Shown here piece after piece: positions 27,375 through 36,819 of a stretch of DNA of 64,000 nucleotides; the first letter of the stretch is position 1; each line of letters starts with the position of its first letter. The stretch covers positions 1-64,000 of the IMG/VR virus record IMGVR_UViG_3300021338_000003. One strand, written 5' to 3'. Under the pieces are notes generated by a model, which was not told the origin of the DNA, made no database searches, and was given only the letters and a program-made list of their open reading frames with translations. Made by a program: the position numbers and the translations under genes.

Positions 27375-30300
27375 GTGCCAGTAGACAGACCATCCTGGAC
27401 CGAGAACTTTGTTGAGGCTCTCCTGAGGTATGGCCTCAAAAAGCGCTACGTTAATACGGTTGTACCCGCAGCACCAAATATCTCTTCAATCACGGTAACC
27501 CCCATGGGCCCCGTCCGAGTAGGAGATGTCCTTACAGCTGTAGTCAATCTCACTTGGACCCCCACCGGGTCCCTAACATACCAATGGCGGGTGGGCGGCG
27601 TTGACCAGCCCGGAGAAACCAACCCTACGTATACTACGACGGCTGCCGGTGACGTCACAGTATACGTGGTGGCCACCAATACCGAGGGATCCGACAATCT
27701 CGAAAGTGACACAGTGCGGGTCAACTCTGAGGTGACCATCGCCATGATGGGGGATGTCAACTCGGTTGGTGGCCACTCGGATACCTCCAGTGATGCTGGG
27801 CTATTGGGTGCATGGTATGAATACCGAAATTCCGGAGGCGCCACTACCATACCCACTACTGGATTTGGTCCCGCCCTAGGAGTCACGCAGAGCTTGGCTT
27901 CGGCCAGCCAATTCGTCCAGCTGGCTGACCACTCTGTATCCGGGGCTACCCTATCCGATTGGGCCTCAACCCACGAGGCAACTTGGTACGCTGTCATCGA
28001 TGCCATGACATCGGGTGACACCCCCACCGATGTAATAATCACCCACGGCGAGGAGGATGCTAAGACTCTTTCTGATGCCGATGCATATGAAGCCAACCTC
28101 CTGGCGCTCATATCCCGGATTCGGGCATTGTATGGTATAGCAGTACGCATCCACCTTTGCTCTCTGCGATCCCTGCCCCTCGGTACATACCCCTATTGGG
28201 CCACAGTACAAGCCGCCCAGGCTGCCGTGGTTGCTGCTGACCCCTTAGTGTTTGCCATCAATCCAGCCGGATTCCCTAAGGTAGACCCTGTTTCGTATAC
28301 TGGAGAGGGCCAGCGAGACCTTGGGCAGGCATATGCTACCTCAATAGTCGATGAGGGAGGAGCCATTACTATTCTCCCCCGTTTTGTGGGTGGAACCATC
28401 GATCCTTCCTCTCCCCTTGAGGGGCAAACTCTCACCGCCACTATGAGGTGGGCCGGTACGTATCCACAGTCCTATGCCTCCCAATGGTCCGATGATGGGG
28501 TAGAACTCTCGGGAGAAACTTCTGAAACCCTAGTGGCAGCCCCAGAGGGCACCGTAGAACTCAACCAGGATGCCACCAATAGCGTCGGAACCGTATCCGG
28601 AAACGTGTCTACCACTGTCGGGGCCGTGGCCTCTTTGGGTAGTGCCATTAAGAGAAAAGCTCTGGGAGACGACTATATTATCACTGCCGGTCAAGTCACT
28701 ACGGTCAGTGACACCGTTGCTTTTGTCCTATTCGAGCTTGATGATTTTTCAGGGTCTGATGGAACCATCATCGACTTTGGTATTGATGGAAGCACCGGAT
28801 CACCCTTCCGGCTGTCTATCACCGGAGAATCCAGTCTCCAACTCGAATACAGAACCAACTCTGGACTGCAAACTCTGGCCCTTGCTACTTCCGTTGATAC
28901 CTTCTATGACGGCGCCCAACACCTGGTATGGATTCGAATTCAAGACGGCACTCCGGGAACCGTTCGAATGGGCATCGCCGCTACTGGTGGGGATGAAGCC
29001 ACTGATTCCCGGCCCGAAGGTATCACTTCCGGGCTGACCAGCGCCGCAGCCGCTTTGTTTGCTGACATTACCACTCCAGCCCGAGAAATGGCCGGAGCTG
29101 TGTCAGCAGTGGTTATTGATGGCTGGATCACAGACACCCGAGTTGATTCCCTACACACCTCCATCGCTGGGGTCAGTGGTTCTCTATCTTGGGTCGTATT
29201 CCTGTCCGAACTGGATTCTCATATGACCGCCGAGGGGTCTACGTACATTTGGTCTCCTATTGCGGATATTGGTGACATCACTGTTGCTGGTGATGTCACT
29301 GATAACTCTGGGACCTTCAGTCACACCCTGGTGTCCGGTATCAATAATACGGCCGGATGGCCTTATGCCGAAGGATTCAGTCAGTCCACGTTGTCACTGA
29401 GCGGAGGAACTCACATCCAAGGGTCCTCTACATATGCAGTGTCTGATACCATGACCCTCCTATGGTACGGAAATGTTCAAAGCCTTGGTATTTTGGACGG
29501 GTTTCTAGCCGGAGCGGTCCCGGACTCCGGCGAATTTGGTGTGGCCATACGGTATACCGACAGCGCGACCATCCAGGCTATTTGGAGAGATGGTGGGGAC
29601 AATCTTGTCACCCAAGACCATACTGTGGAAAATATATCGACAGCCGATCGAGATTTGCACTTTGTGGCTGCCAATCCATCGTGGGGCGTACGGGTTGGTA
29701 TGGCCCATATGACTGCCCAGAGTTATTATTCTGAGAATTCTACAACTGTTGCTGCTGGCACTTCCCCTCACGGTCCAGGCTTCGGTTCTCCACATACCTC
29801 TACCTCGCAGACAAACCCCACCCTGCGAGGGGTTACATATGAAAACGCTTGGGCGCTGCAAATCAACCGAGACCTCACTGATGACGAGTGGGAAAGGGCT
29901 CGTAGAGGTGATTGGTTCTGGGCCTACGGAGATGCTTCCGTAGCGTGGATTGTTGTTCCGACTACAGACCTGGAAATCGGAGAGACCATCAGTGATTCAA
30001 AGGTAGACCAATCTGAACTCACAATGGTTGTTGATGGACATCAAAGTACCCTTTCTGGACAAATATCAGGGGATGATGTTATACCTCCTACCCCCACTGC
30101 CCCAGTCATTCTAGATATAAGCATAGACTGGACAGACGCTGATGCTGATACAGACCCCAACGTCGGGGACACTTTCTTCCCTATATTTTCGACCACTGGT
30201 GACCCAACTCCTGTTCTGTCGTACGAATGGTTCCTGGGCGCCGTGTCCCAAGGCACGACAACCTCCCTCGTGGTTGGGTCTGATGGAAGCTTGACTGTTG

Positions 30301-31139
30301 ATATAGAGGCTACAAACAGCGAGGGTACTGATAGCGATACATCAGCAGCCGTTATAGTGTTGGCCAGTGCATCCGGCCTGGCTCCAGACGAAGTATCAGG
30401 ACTATACTTGTGGGAGGATGGATTTGACTCAGCCACCTACAATGGGTCTAATGAGCTTACTGGTATTACGGACAAAGGCCCAAATGGTATTGATATCACG
30501 CCTGACTCCGGTACTGGTCCGACCCCTACCTCATATGAAGTGGATGGGGTCCCAACTGATCTTCCAGGGCCCTTCACGGTTGCGCTTCCTACTAACCATC
30601 CCGAAAGCGCTACCGGACTCGCCAAGGTATTCACCGATATTACCGTTATGGCTATTGTACCAACCATAACATCGCAAACAAATGGTACTGCGATGTTTAG
30701 TATGTATGGCGATGACGGCGGCGGTGCCAACTATCAACTTGTTCTAGGCCAGGGTCCAACCCCTGATGATATTCAAGCGTTTATGCAAGGAGGGTCTATT
30801 GAAATACCGGTTGACTGGTCAACCGGTAACAATGGGTCTCATGCCATCGTGTTCTTTCGCAGGCAGGCAGGGGTTGACCTCTATCTTGACAGCTGGTATG
30901 ACAACCTGTCAGGTGGAGGAATAACAAAACCCGCACAGGTTACATACGGGTCAGACCCGACTACCGGTACCATGACTATTGACAGTGTAGCGTTCGGGGG
31001 TAGAGGGTCCATTACACAAGTGTGGGTAGGAAACCCCATACATATGGTTGCCGTATGGGACGAGTATGTCAGTGATGGAGACATTGTATCCCTGGCCCAA
31101 TGGGCAGGATCCCGACTTGGATTCACCGGAATATCGTAG
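27375..31139 (+). CDS. Large modular virion protein: Ig-like repeats, SGNH/SASA-like domain and LamG-like domains
   Basis: VGDVLTA...YQW...VATNxxG Ig-like motif three times; MMGDVNS / HGEED / DPVSY SGNH-like blocks; C-terminal LamG-like module. Confidence 0.7.
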   Translation: MPVDRPSWTENFVEALLRYGLKKRYVNTVVPAAPNISSITVTPMGPVRVGDVLTAVVNLTWTPTGSLTYQWRVGGVDQPGETNPTYTTTAAGDVTVYVVATNTEGSDNLESDTVRVNSEVTIAMMGDVNSVGGHSDTSSDAGLLGAWYEYRNSGGATTIPTTGFGPALGVTQSLASASQFVQLADHSVSGATLSDWASTHEATWYAVIDAMTSGDTPTDVIITHGEEDAKTLSDADAYEANLLALISRIRALYGIAVRIHLCSLRSLPLGTYPYWATVQAAQAAVVAADPLVFAINPAGFPKVDPVSYTGEGQRDLGQAYATSIVDEGGAITILPRFVGGTIDPSSPLEGQTLTATMRWAGTYPQSYASQWSDDGVELSGETSETLVAAPEGTVELNQDATNSVGTVSGNVSTTVGAVASLGSAIKRKALGDDYIITAGQVTTVSDTVAFVLFELDDFSGSDGTIIDFGIDGSTGSPFRLSITGESSLQLEYRTNSGLQTLALATSVDTFYDGAQHLVWIRIQDGTPGTVRMGIAATGGDEATDSRPEGITSGLTSAAAALFADITTPAREMAGAVSAVVIDGWITDTRVDSLHTSIAGVSGSLSWVVFLSELDSHMTAEGSTYIWSPIADIGDITVAGDVTDNSGTFSHTLVSGINNTAGWPYAEGFSQSTLSLSGGTHIQGSSTYAVSDTMTLLWYGNVQSLGILDGFLAGAVPDSGEFGVAIRYTDSATIQAIWRDGGDNLVTQDHTVENISTADRDLHFVAANPSWGVRVGMAHMTAQSYYSENSTTVAAGTSPHGPGFGSPHTSTSQTNPTLRGVTYENAWALQINRDLTDDEWERARRGDWFWAYGDASVAWIVVPTTDLEIGETISDSKVDQSELTMVVDGHQSTLSGQISGDDVIPPTPTAPVILDISIDWTDADADTDPNVGDTFFPIFSTTGDPTPVLSYEWFLGAVSQGTTTSLVVGSDGSLTVDIEATNSEGTDSDTSAAVIVLASASGLAPDEVSGLYLWEDGFDSATYNGSNELTGITDKGPNGIDITPDSGTGPTPTSYEVDGVPTDLPGPFTVALPTNHPESATGLAKVFTDITVMAIVPTITSQTNGTAMFSMYGDDGGGANYQLVLGQGPTPDDIQAFMQGGSIEIPVDWSTGNNGSHAIVFFRRQAGVDLYLDSWYDNLSGGGITKPAQVTYGSDPTTGTMTIDSVAFGGRGSITQVWVGNPIHMVAVWDEYVSDGDIVSLAQWAGSRLGFTGIS

Positions 31140-31148
31140 GAGAGACCG

Positions 31149-31556
31149 ATGACATACGCTATTTTTCTATCTTTGTCCTGGGCAAACCCCAGTATTGAGC
31201 AAGTCCAGAAGGAAAACCTCACTCTCAGGGCAGCCATTGAAGACTACCAGAAGTCCAACGAAGCTCTAGAAGAAGCCGTCGAAGCTCTTCAATCTCAAAA
31301 TAAGGAGCTTCGGCTATCTATTCGAGAATTTGAAACAGCCACTCGAAGTTTCGAGGACACTTTGAAAGCCAAAGAGGAACTCATCATCCTCCATAAGAGC
31401 CGTGCTGATGCGGCTGAAAAATGGGCCGAGCGAAGTGAGGAACTCCGAAGGAAAGAGATCAATTCTCCCGACCTCGGCAAGGCTGAACGGTTGATTTGGG
31501 CTGGTGCAGTGGTAATCACTACTGGGTATGCTCTGATTCAAAAACAAGGAGGATAG
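31149..31556 (+). CDS. Exported coiled-coil protein with C-terminal TM (spanin-like?)
   Basis: Signal-like N-terminus, long heptad region and hydrophobic C-terminus. Confidence 0.45.
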   Translation: MTYAIFLSLSWANPSIEQVQKENLTLRAAIEDYQKSNEALEEAVEALQSQNKELRLSIREFETATRSFEDTLKAKEELIILHKSRADAAEKWAERSEELRRKEINSPDLGKAERLIWAGAVVITTGYALIQKQGG

Positions 31557-31557
31557 C

Positions 31558-31908
31558 GTGGAAATCGAATTCAATTCCCTGTGGGGTATCATATTAGCTG
31601 TTGTTGCGGTTGCCATAGGGGTTGTGGGGTCCAACCTCAAAAAGTGGAAGTCCAACAGAGATGCTCACAGGGCCCTGGAGGAGTACAACAAAGCCCGTGA
31701 AGATATTGAGAATAGTGTCTCAATAGTTAGCGAAAGAGCCAAAAGGTCCGAGAAAACAGCCCAAGAAGCACTTGGAAGGGCCCGGAAGGGTGTCGAAATA
31801 GCTGATGCCATAGGACCGAAGGCCGACAGACTACTCCAGGAGGCCCGAGAAGCTCGCTTGCGGGCTGAAAAACATCTAGATAGCCTTGACGACAAGAAGG
31901 ACGTCTGA
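31558..31908 (+). CDS. N-terminal TM plus coiled-coil protein (i-spanin-like?)
   Basis: LWGIILAVVAVAIGVVG followed by a charged helical domain. Confidence 0.45.
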   Translation: MEIEFNSLWGIILAVVAVAIGVVGSNLKKWKSNRDAHRALEEYNKAREDIENSVSIVSERAKRSEKTAQEALGRARKGVEIADAIGPKADRLLQEAREARLRAEKHLDSLDDKKDV

Positions 31909-31909
31909 C

Positions 31910-32104
31910 ATGCCCTCTAACCTTGTCAAGACCGAAAGAGACGAACGACTATGGGAAAAGGCCAAAGACCAAGCCAAGGAGGCCGGAAAAGCCGAGGATT
32001 GGGCCTATGTCAATGGTATCTTTCAGCGCATGAAGCATCGAGATGGGGGCGGAGAGCGTACCTCTGCTATTCGAGAAATCATTCTTCGCTCTCTCGAACA
32101 ATAG
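31910..32104 (+). CDS. Small helical phage protein
   Basis: MPSNLVKTERDERLWEKAK...DWAYVNGIF; start ATG 31910. Confidence 0.55.
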   Translation: MPSNLVKTERDERLWEKAKDQAKEAGKAEDWAYVNGIFQRMKHRDGGGERTSAIREIILRSLEQ

Positions 32105-32116
32105 GGAAGGATCGTC

Positions 32117-32341
32117 ATGGACGACAAGGAGACCAATACTTCAGGATTGACAAAAATTGTCCTATCTCTCCTTCCCTATGATGGTACCATAATTATCATG
32201 TTCAAATCAGGGGACATAGAGAAGATCCCCGTCGGACTTTTCCCTGAGGAAATGCAGGAAAGATTCTGGGAAATGATTCTGGATGTTTCCCAGGAGTCCT
32301 GGGAAACATACGAGAAATTCGGGGAAGTAGCCGAATCTTAA
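32117..32341 (+). CDS. Hypothetical protein
   Basis: 74 aa with an AAGGA RBS. Confidence 0.5.
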   Translation: MDDKETNTSGLTKIVLSLLPYDGTIIIMFKSGDIEKIPVGLFPEEMQERFWEMILDVSQESWETYEKFGEVAES

Positions 32342-32863
32342 CCGAATACTTGCGTACCCCTTCAGGCCATGCTACATTGTATATAGGCACACCGGCCTGG
32401 AGGTTCAAATGACCAAGTTCATCGCAATTTTCGCAGGTCGTAGCATCGTCCTGCCTGCTGTCGACTTCGAAACCGCCTGCGTCTACGCCACGCGCATTTT
32501 TGGACCCACGGTCCATGTTTGCGCTGTCTAGAGGCGGCTCCGACTGGTGATTAAACCAAGTCGGCTTCAACACACAACACAGAAACCCTCGTCAGATTGC
32601 CTCCGACGGGGGTTTCTTTGTATCCGGAGGGCCATATGGGCCGTACTTCGTTGTCACAATATAGCGCGTTGGAACTTCTGGAAGAGCTGCAGAAGAGAGG
32701 ATACTTGGTTGCCCATGATGTCCACAAAGTCAAACAGCGTGTTCGGGTGACAGACCGCTTCAGACACCTCATGAGAAAGCACCTGGGTCCAACCGTCCTA
32801 GAAGAAGAGATGACGTCCAGGTCGAGGTCGAATTTTGAGCGATTCCTATTCCCGACAGGTATA

Positions 32864-32957
32864 TTGACATGTCAAAACGATCGCGAAGGTGGCTTCTAGG
32901 TTGATTGTGCCATTCAATAATGCAACACATTGTTGCATTTTGACATGTCAATGGCAC
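32864..32957. promoter_or_regulatory. Palindrome cluster (two TTGACATGTCAA boxes and nested inverted repeats)
   Basis: TTGACATGTCAA at 32864-32875 and 32940-32951; AATGCAACA-cat-TGTTGCATT; flanking GTGCCATT...AATGGCAC. Confidence 0.6.
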
Positions 32958-33578
32958 TCTGAGACCAGTCAATAGGGGATAGAAAACCCCTAAGCGGTAG
33001 GGTCAGAACTTCCCAAAACGTCTCAGAAGACCCAGAAATGCACTGGATACGGCCCAAAGCCCTTCGTGTATGACCGCGAGCTTTTTGTAGGCCCCAGAAA
33101 ACGTCCAGGCCATACATGAAGGGGCTTCTCAAAATGCTCTTTCTGACACTGATCGTTCCCAGATATTGCCATGTCAATTCTCCGAACACACTGAGCCATA
33201 AGGCATGCATGGACCAACCTTTGGGGAGGGGGGTTTGGGGGGTGGGGCGGTTCCCACCCCACCCCCGATCCCAAGATCGATCTCCCCTGGTGGAAAGGTG
33301 GGGAATAGACTGAGTTCCCCACCACTGGAAAGGTGAGGAAGGTGGAAGCACGAGGTTGCGGAGCAACCGAGTGACCCACAACCCATCCCGCCAGGGATGG
33401 GGCCAAAGAGAATGACCGTTGCCAAATCGATGGAGTTCCGCCAAATCGATGGAACTCTCGTGGAGGACCGGCCAAATTTCGGGTGCAGGCAGATTGTGAT
33501 TAGCCCCATGTCGTCGTAGGGGCTGTCAATCTGCCCCCGGTTAGCCAAATGTTTGACTGTCTCCTCCAAAAACGTGTT

Positions 33579-34373
33579 ATGGTCCATATCATCCCGGCGG
33601 TTCTGATGTTGGGAGCAATTTCCTTTCTGCCCGAGAAAGGAATAGTCCACGGTCCATGCACTACCCTTCCCATTTGGGTACGTCAGGTTTGGGCATTCAC
33701 CGGGTTTTTGACCTGGATATCGTATGGGGAAATAGCCTATCAGGCATGGACCCTTCATGACCATCCCTCCACTTCCTGGCTACCCCGCTGGCTTTTGCCG
33801 GGGGTTACCCTTTTTGTGGGTACTTGTGGTCTGGGTCACCTTCTAGCTTCCGTGGGCCTTCAGTTTTGGGCCCGTTGGGACCTCGTCGCATTCTGGCAGG
33901 GTATTACTGCCGCCATATCGGTCCCTGTTGCTCTCGCTATTGCCCTTGGTTCCAACTCCCTGAAGCACGAGGCCATGATCGCCTCGTGGGGTCTGCATGA
34001 AACTCTTGTGAACCTGGGCCGATCTTTTGTCTACCGGGTTCGCCCAGATAACACCATCGTTTTTTCTATTGGCGACGGGTGGAAGCTTCCTGCGTTTCGT
34101 AAGTTTGCCCCCAACGGGTTTCTTGAAGACCCAGAACTCATGCACCTTTCAAAATGGATTGATGAAGGTTCTATTCTCCGAGACACCAACATTGATCAAG
34201 TTCGAAAGACAAAAAAGCAACATGAGTGGGTATCCCGCTCATATGGCTATACCTGGTTGAATACCGCCCGACCCCTCCCGGGCGGTGACATCGTTATCGA
34301 AGTCCAAAACGCGTCCAAAGTGGCGTCGGAGGAACGATATCGGATTATGGATGAAGTATTGGGAGAGGAGTAG
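33579..34373 (+). CDS. Membrane sensor: ETR1-like ethylene/Cu-binding TM domain plus PAS-like domain, no kinase
   Basis: LTWISYGEI, LFVGTCGLGHLL and ITAAISVPVAL match ETR1 helices I-III (IAIAYFSI, FIVLCGATHL, LTAVVSCATAL). The C-terminus ARPLPGGDIVIEVQN is PAS-like. Confidence 0.7.
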   Translation: MVHIIPAVLMLGAISFLPEKGIVHGPCTTLPIWVRQVWAFTGFLTWISYGEIAYQAWTLHDHPSTSWLPRWLLPGVTLFVGTCGLGHLLASVGLQFWARWDLVAFWQGITAAISVPVALAIALGSNSLKHEAMIASWGLHETLVNLGRSFVYRVRPDNTIVFSIGDGWKLPAFRKFAPNGFLEDPELMHLSKWIDEGSILRDTNIDQVRKTKKQHEWVSRSYGYTWLNTARPLPGGDIVIEVQNASKVASEERYRIMDEVLGEE

Positions 34374-34376
34374 CCC

Positions 34377-35117
34377 ATGAGCTTGGACAAAACACCTGAC
34401 CTTCCGCCTCTACGGGAACCGAGGAGGGAAGAACTCTCGGACTCGGAGCGGATCGACCAAACCATTCGCGTGCTCAGTGCTGTACGCGGCGAATTGAAAA
34501 GTGTGTCTGTGCAGGTGGCTTCCCTCAATGGGCACATAGCCACCGAGATATCAGCTCTTACTACTTCTATTACGACGTTGAGTAGTCGCATCCGAACCTT
34601 GGAATCACACCGTCAAGACGAAGAAAGAGACAACGAAATACACCAAGCCAAAAGGGAAGCCAAAAGGGAGGGTAGGGATGAGGGGTATATCCAGGCAGCC
34701 CAAGACATTGCTGCCCGTCTCGGCATCAATACCGAGGATGTCTTGGCTATGCGTCAGTCAGATACCTTGGTCCCCAGGGCCCGGGACCATGGACCATCTA
34801 TCCCTACTAACCCTGGAACCGCAACCCCACTATCCGAGAAAAAACCGCACTGGGTCATCCAGGCTGTTGGGACCTTTTTCTCCAATACTATCAGCCTAGC
34901 TGGCACCGAGGGCGGGAAACGTCTGATTGTAGGGGCCGTCGCTTTGGGCCTCGGTCAAGACGCTATTATTACTCTTGGGAAAATCATAGAGAAAATAGAC
35001 CCAACGCCAGCCCAAGTGGTATCGGTTGAAGTTGGCAACCCAGATACAGATGCGGACGCCGACGTTGACATAACCGAAAGTGACGCCGATACAGATGCCG
35101 ATGGGGGACCACGGTGA
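34377..35117 (+). CDS. Coiled-coil membrane protein with acidic DADAD tail
   Basis: Heptad region, hydrophobic LIVGAVALGLG and C-terminal DTDADADVDITESDADTDAD. Confidence 0.6.
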   Translation: MSLDKTPDLPPLREPRREELSDSERIDQTIRVLSAVRGELKSVSVQVASLNGHIATEISALTTSITTLSSRIRTLESHRQDEERDNEIHQAKREAKREGRDEGYIQAAQDIAARLGINTEDVLAMRQSDTLVPRARDHGPSIPTNPGTATPLSEKKPHWVIQAVGTFFSNTISLAGTEGGKRLIVGAVALGLGQDAIITLGKIIEKIDPTPAQVVSVEVGNPDTDADADVDITESDADTDADGGPR

Positions 35118-36286
35118 ACATACTGCGCAAGACGATTCTGGCCAGGTTTGATAGCATACTGCTATACCATGGAACCGACGCCTATAACGTTGAATCCATT
35201 CTCCGTCAAGGCTTGAAACCCCGTGGGTCAGTGGGCAACCTGGGTTGGGACAAGAATACCCTCGTCGACGTGAGAAACAATTCTGTGTTTCTCACAGCTG
35301 ACATCGAAAAGGCCGCTCGATATTCTTTTGGTGAAGAGAAAGACCAGGTACCAGCCATCCTTGAAATTCGCATTTCTGGACGCCATGCCCAAAAACTCAA
35401 GTATGATCCTCTTGACCGTAATGATGCTGCATGGGAAATAGACGATGAGGGCGGAACTGATTTTGAAGCCCTCGTTATACTAGAAGACATTGCTAGTGAT
35501 GCCATACGTAACATCACTGGTCACAAACCCCACTTTTCGGTTAGGGGACTACCTCAATTCCATGAGGTAGAGGATTTGGATGGGGTTAATGTCTACAAGG
35601 TCCTACCTCAAGCCATCCTGAAGGTGCTAGACTCGAACTGGATTACTAGGAAGGATGTGGTTCGGGCTATACAGGATGCACTTAAGAAGTGGGGTAGGGC
35701 CAACAAGAGAACCCCTGGGCAGTACCAGTCAATCAGTATTCACCCATACCTAGACGTGCGAAGAGACGGCACTATCAAAATGTCCAAAGACTGGATGGAA
35801 ACCCGAGAACAATTGTTCTATCAAAAGGGGTTACCCCCAAGTACTATCAAAGGTGTGTGGTTTAGGGAGATTGACTTTCGATCATCTGGTATTAATCAGA
35901 TGAAGGTCGATGAAAAGTCATTCGGGGTCAGACGCCTACCATACGAGGTGGTCGAGGACCATCAGACATCCATAGAAATCACCAACAAAATCATCAGAAA
36001 AGAATATTACACAGTCGACATGCTATATCGGAATTCGGAAGATTTTTTGGTAGTATCCGACCACCTGGAGAATATGGGCCTCGAAAGATGGGAAGAAGTA
36101 GACCATCTTCAGACTCTGACCCGGGAAGAAATCGAGGAGGATTTTGAATCCTTGATAGACACTCTTGCTGAAAGTGCAATCTATATACAGGATGACCTCC
36201 ATAACAGTCACGGAAATGACCCTGCTATTCATGAAGATTTGTGGATTCTCGTAAACCCTAGGGATGCCATGGAGCTTGTGTCATGA
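35114..36286 (+). CDS. ADP-ribosyltransferase-fold protein (KptA/PARP-like clade)
   Basis: LLYHGT...SILRQGLKP...VFLT...A.RYS...AILEI, with a distal EQLFY...LPPSTIK. Confidence 0.65.
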   Translation: MNILRKTILARFDSILLYHGTDAYNVESILRQGLKPRGSVGNLGWDKNTLVDVRNNSVFLTADIEKAARYSFGEEKDQVPAILEIRISGRHAQKLKYDPLDRNDAAWEIDDEGGTDFEALVILEDIASDAIRNITGHKPHFSVRGLPQFHEVEDLDGVNVYKVLPQAILKVLDSNWITRKDVVRAIQDALKKWGRANKRTPGQYQSISIHPYLDVRRDGTIKMSKDWMETREQLFYQKGLPPSTIKGVWFREIDFRSSGINQMKVDEKSFGVRRLPYEVVEDHQTSIEITNKIIRKEYYTVDMLYRNSEDFLVVSDHLENMGLERWEEVDHLQTLTREEIEEDFESLIDTLAESAIYIQDDLHNSHGNDPAIHEDLWILVNPRDAMELVS

Positions 36287-36819
36287 AATCCAAGTATAAC
36301 CTCGCCGTTCCCAAGTTAGCCAAAGCTTGGGGAATTGTTGAGAAAATGGGAAAGTCCGAAAACCCCGAGGTACTTGGGTTTCATGAAGAGCTTATCAAGG
36401 CCCTCGATACGTCCAAGTGGACAGACGCCGAAGACCAGATGCTCGCGAAGGTGACCGAGAGGGCCAATTATCTGCGGCACGTGTTGGACATGCACTTCGC
36501 CAAGGACACGGCACAGGGGAAATGGAACCCTGATGTTCCATCAACAGGACACTGTGCTGTTGCGGCCATAATCGGACACTGGATGTTCAGGTGGCGGGTT
36601 GGCAGTAGTATAGTCAATCAGGCCAGTCACTGGTACAACATGGCCCACGGTCTCACTATTGATATCACCGGTGACCAATTCGGAAAGCCTGAAGTCCAAG
36701 TGTCCCGAAGCATCTTGTATCCGCACAAGCACCGTGTTCGCGCTATCAGTGAGGCCAATGAAGAGACCATCAGGCGCGCCAACTTGCTAGCCCAACGAGC
36801 CGGATTGGTATATTCATGA
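36283..36819 (+). CDS. YunG-like papain-fold protein
   Basis: GHCAVAA...SHWYN...DITGDQF (Cys-His-Asp/Asn). Confidence 0.6.
   Translation: MKSKYNLAVPKLAKAWGIVEKMGKSENPEVLGFHEELIKALDTSKWTDAEDQMLAKVTERANYLRHVLDMHFAKDTAQGKWNPDVPSTGHCAVAAIIGHWMFRWRVGSSIVNQASHWYNMAHGLTIDITGDQFGKPEVQVSRSILYPHKHRVRAISEANEETIRRANLLAQRAGLVYS

Noticed and set aside
32202-33764. Several overlapping short ORFs across the palindromic and G-rich gap
   Set aside because: They lack clear RBSs and motifs and have low-complexity translations. About 32635-32899 may be a real small gene, but I cannot support it.
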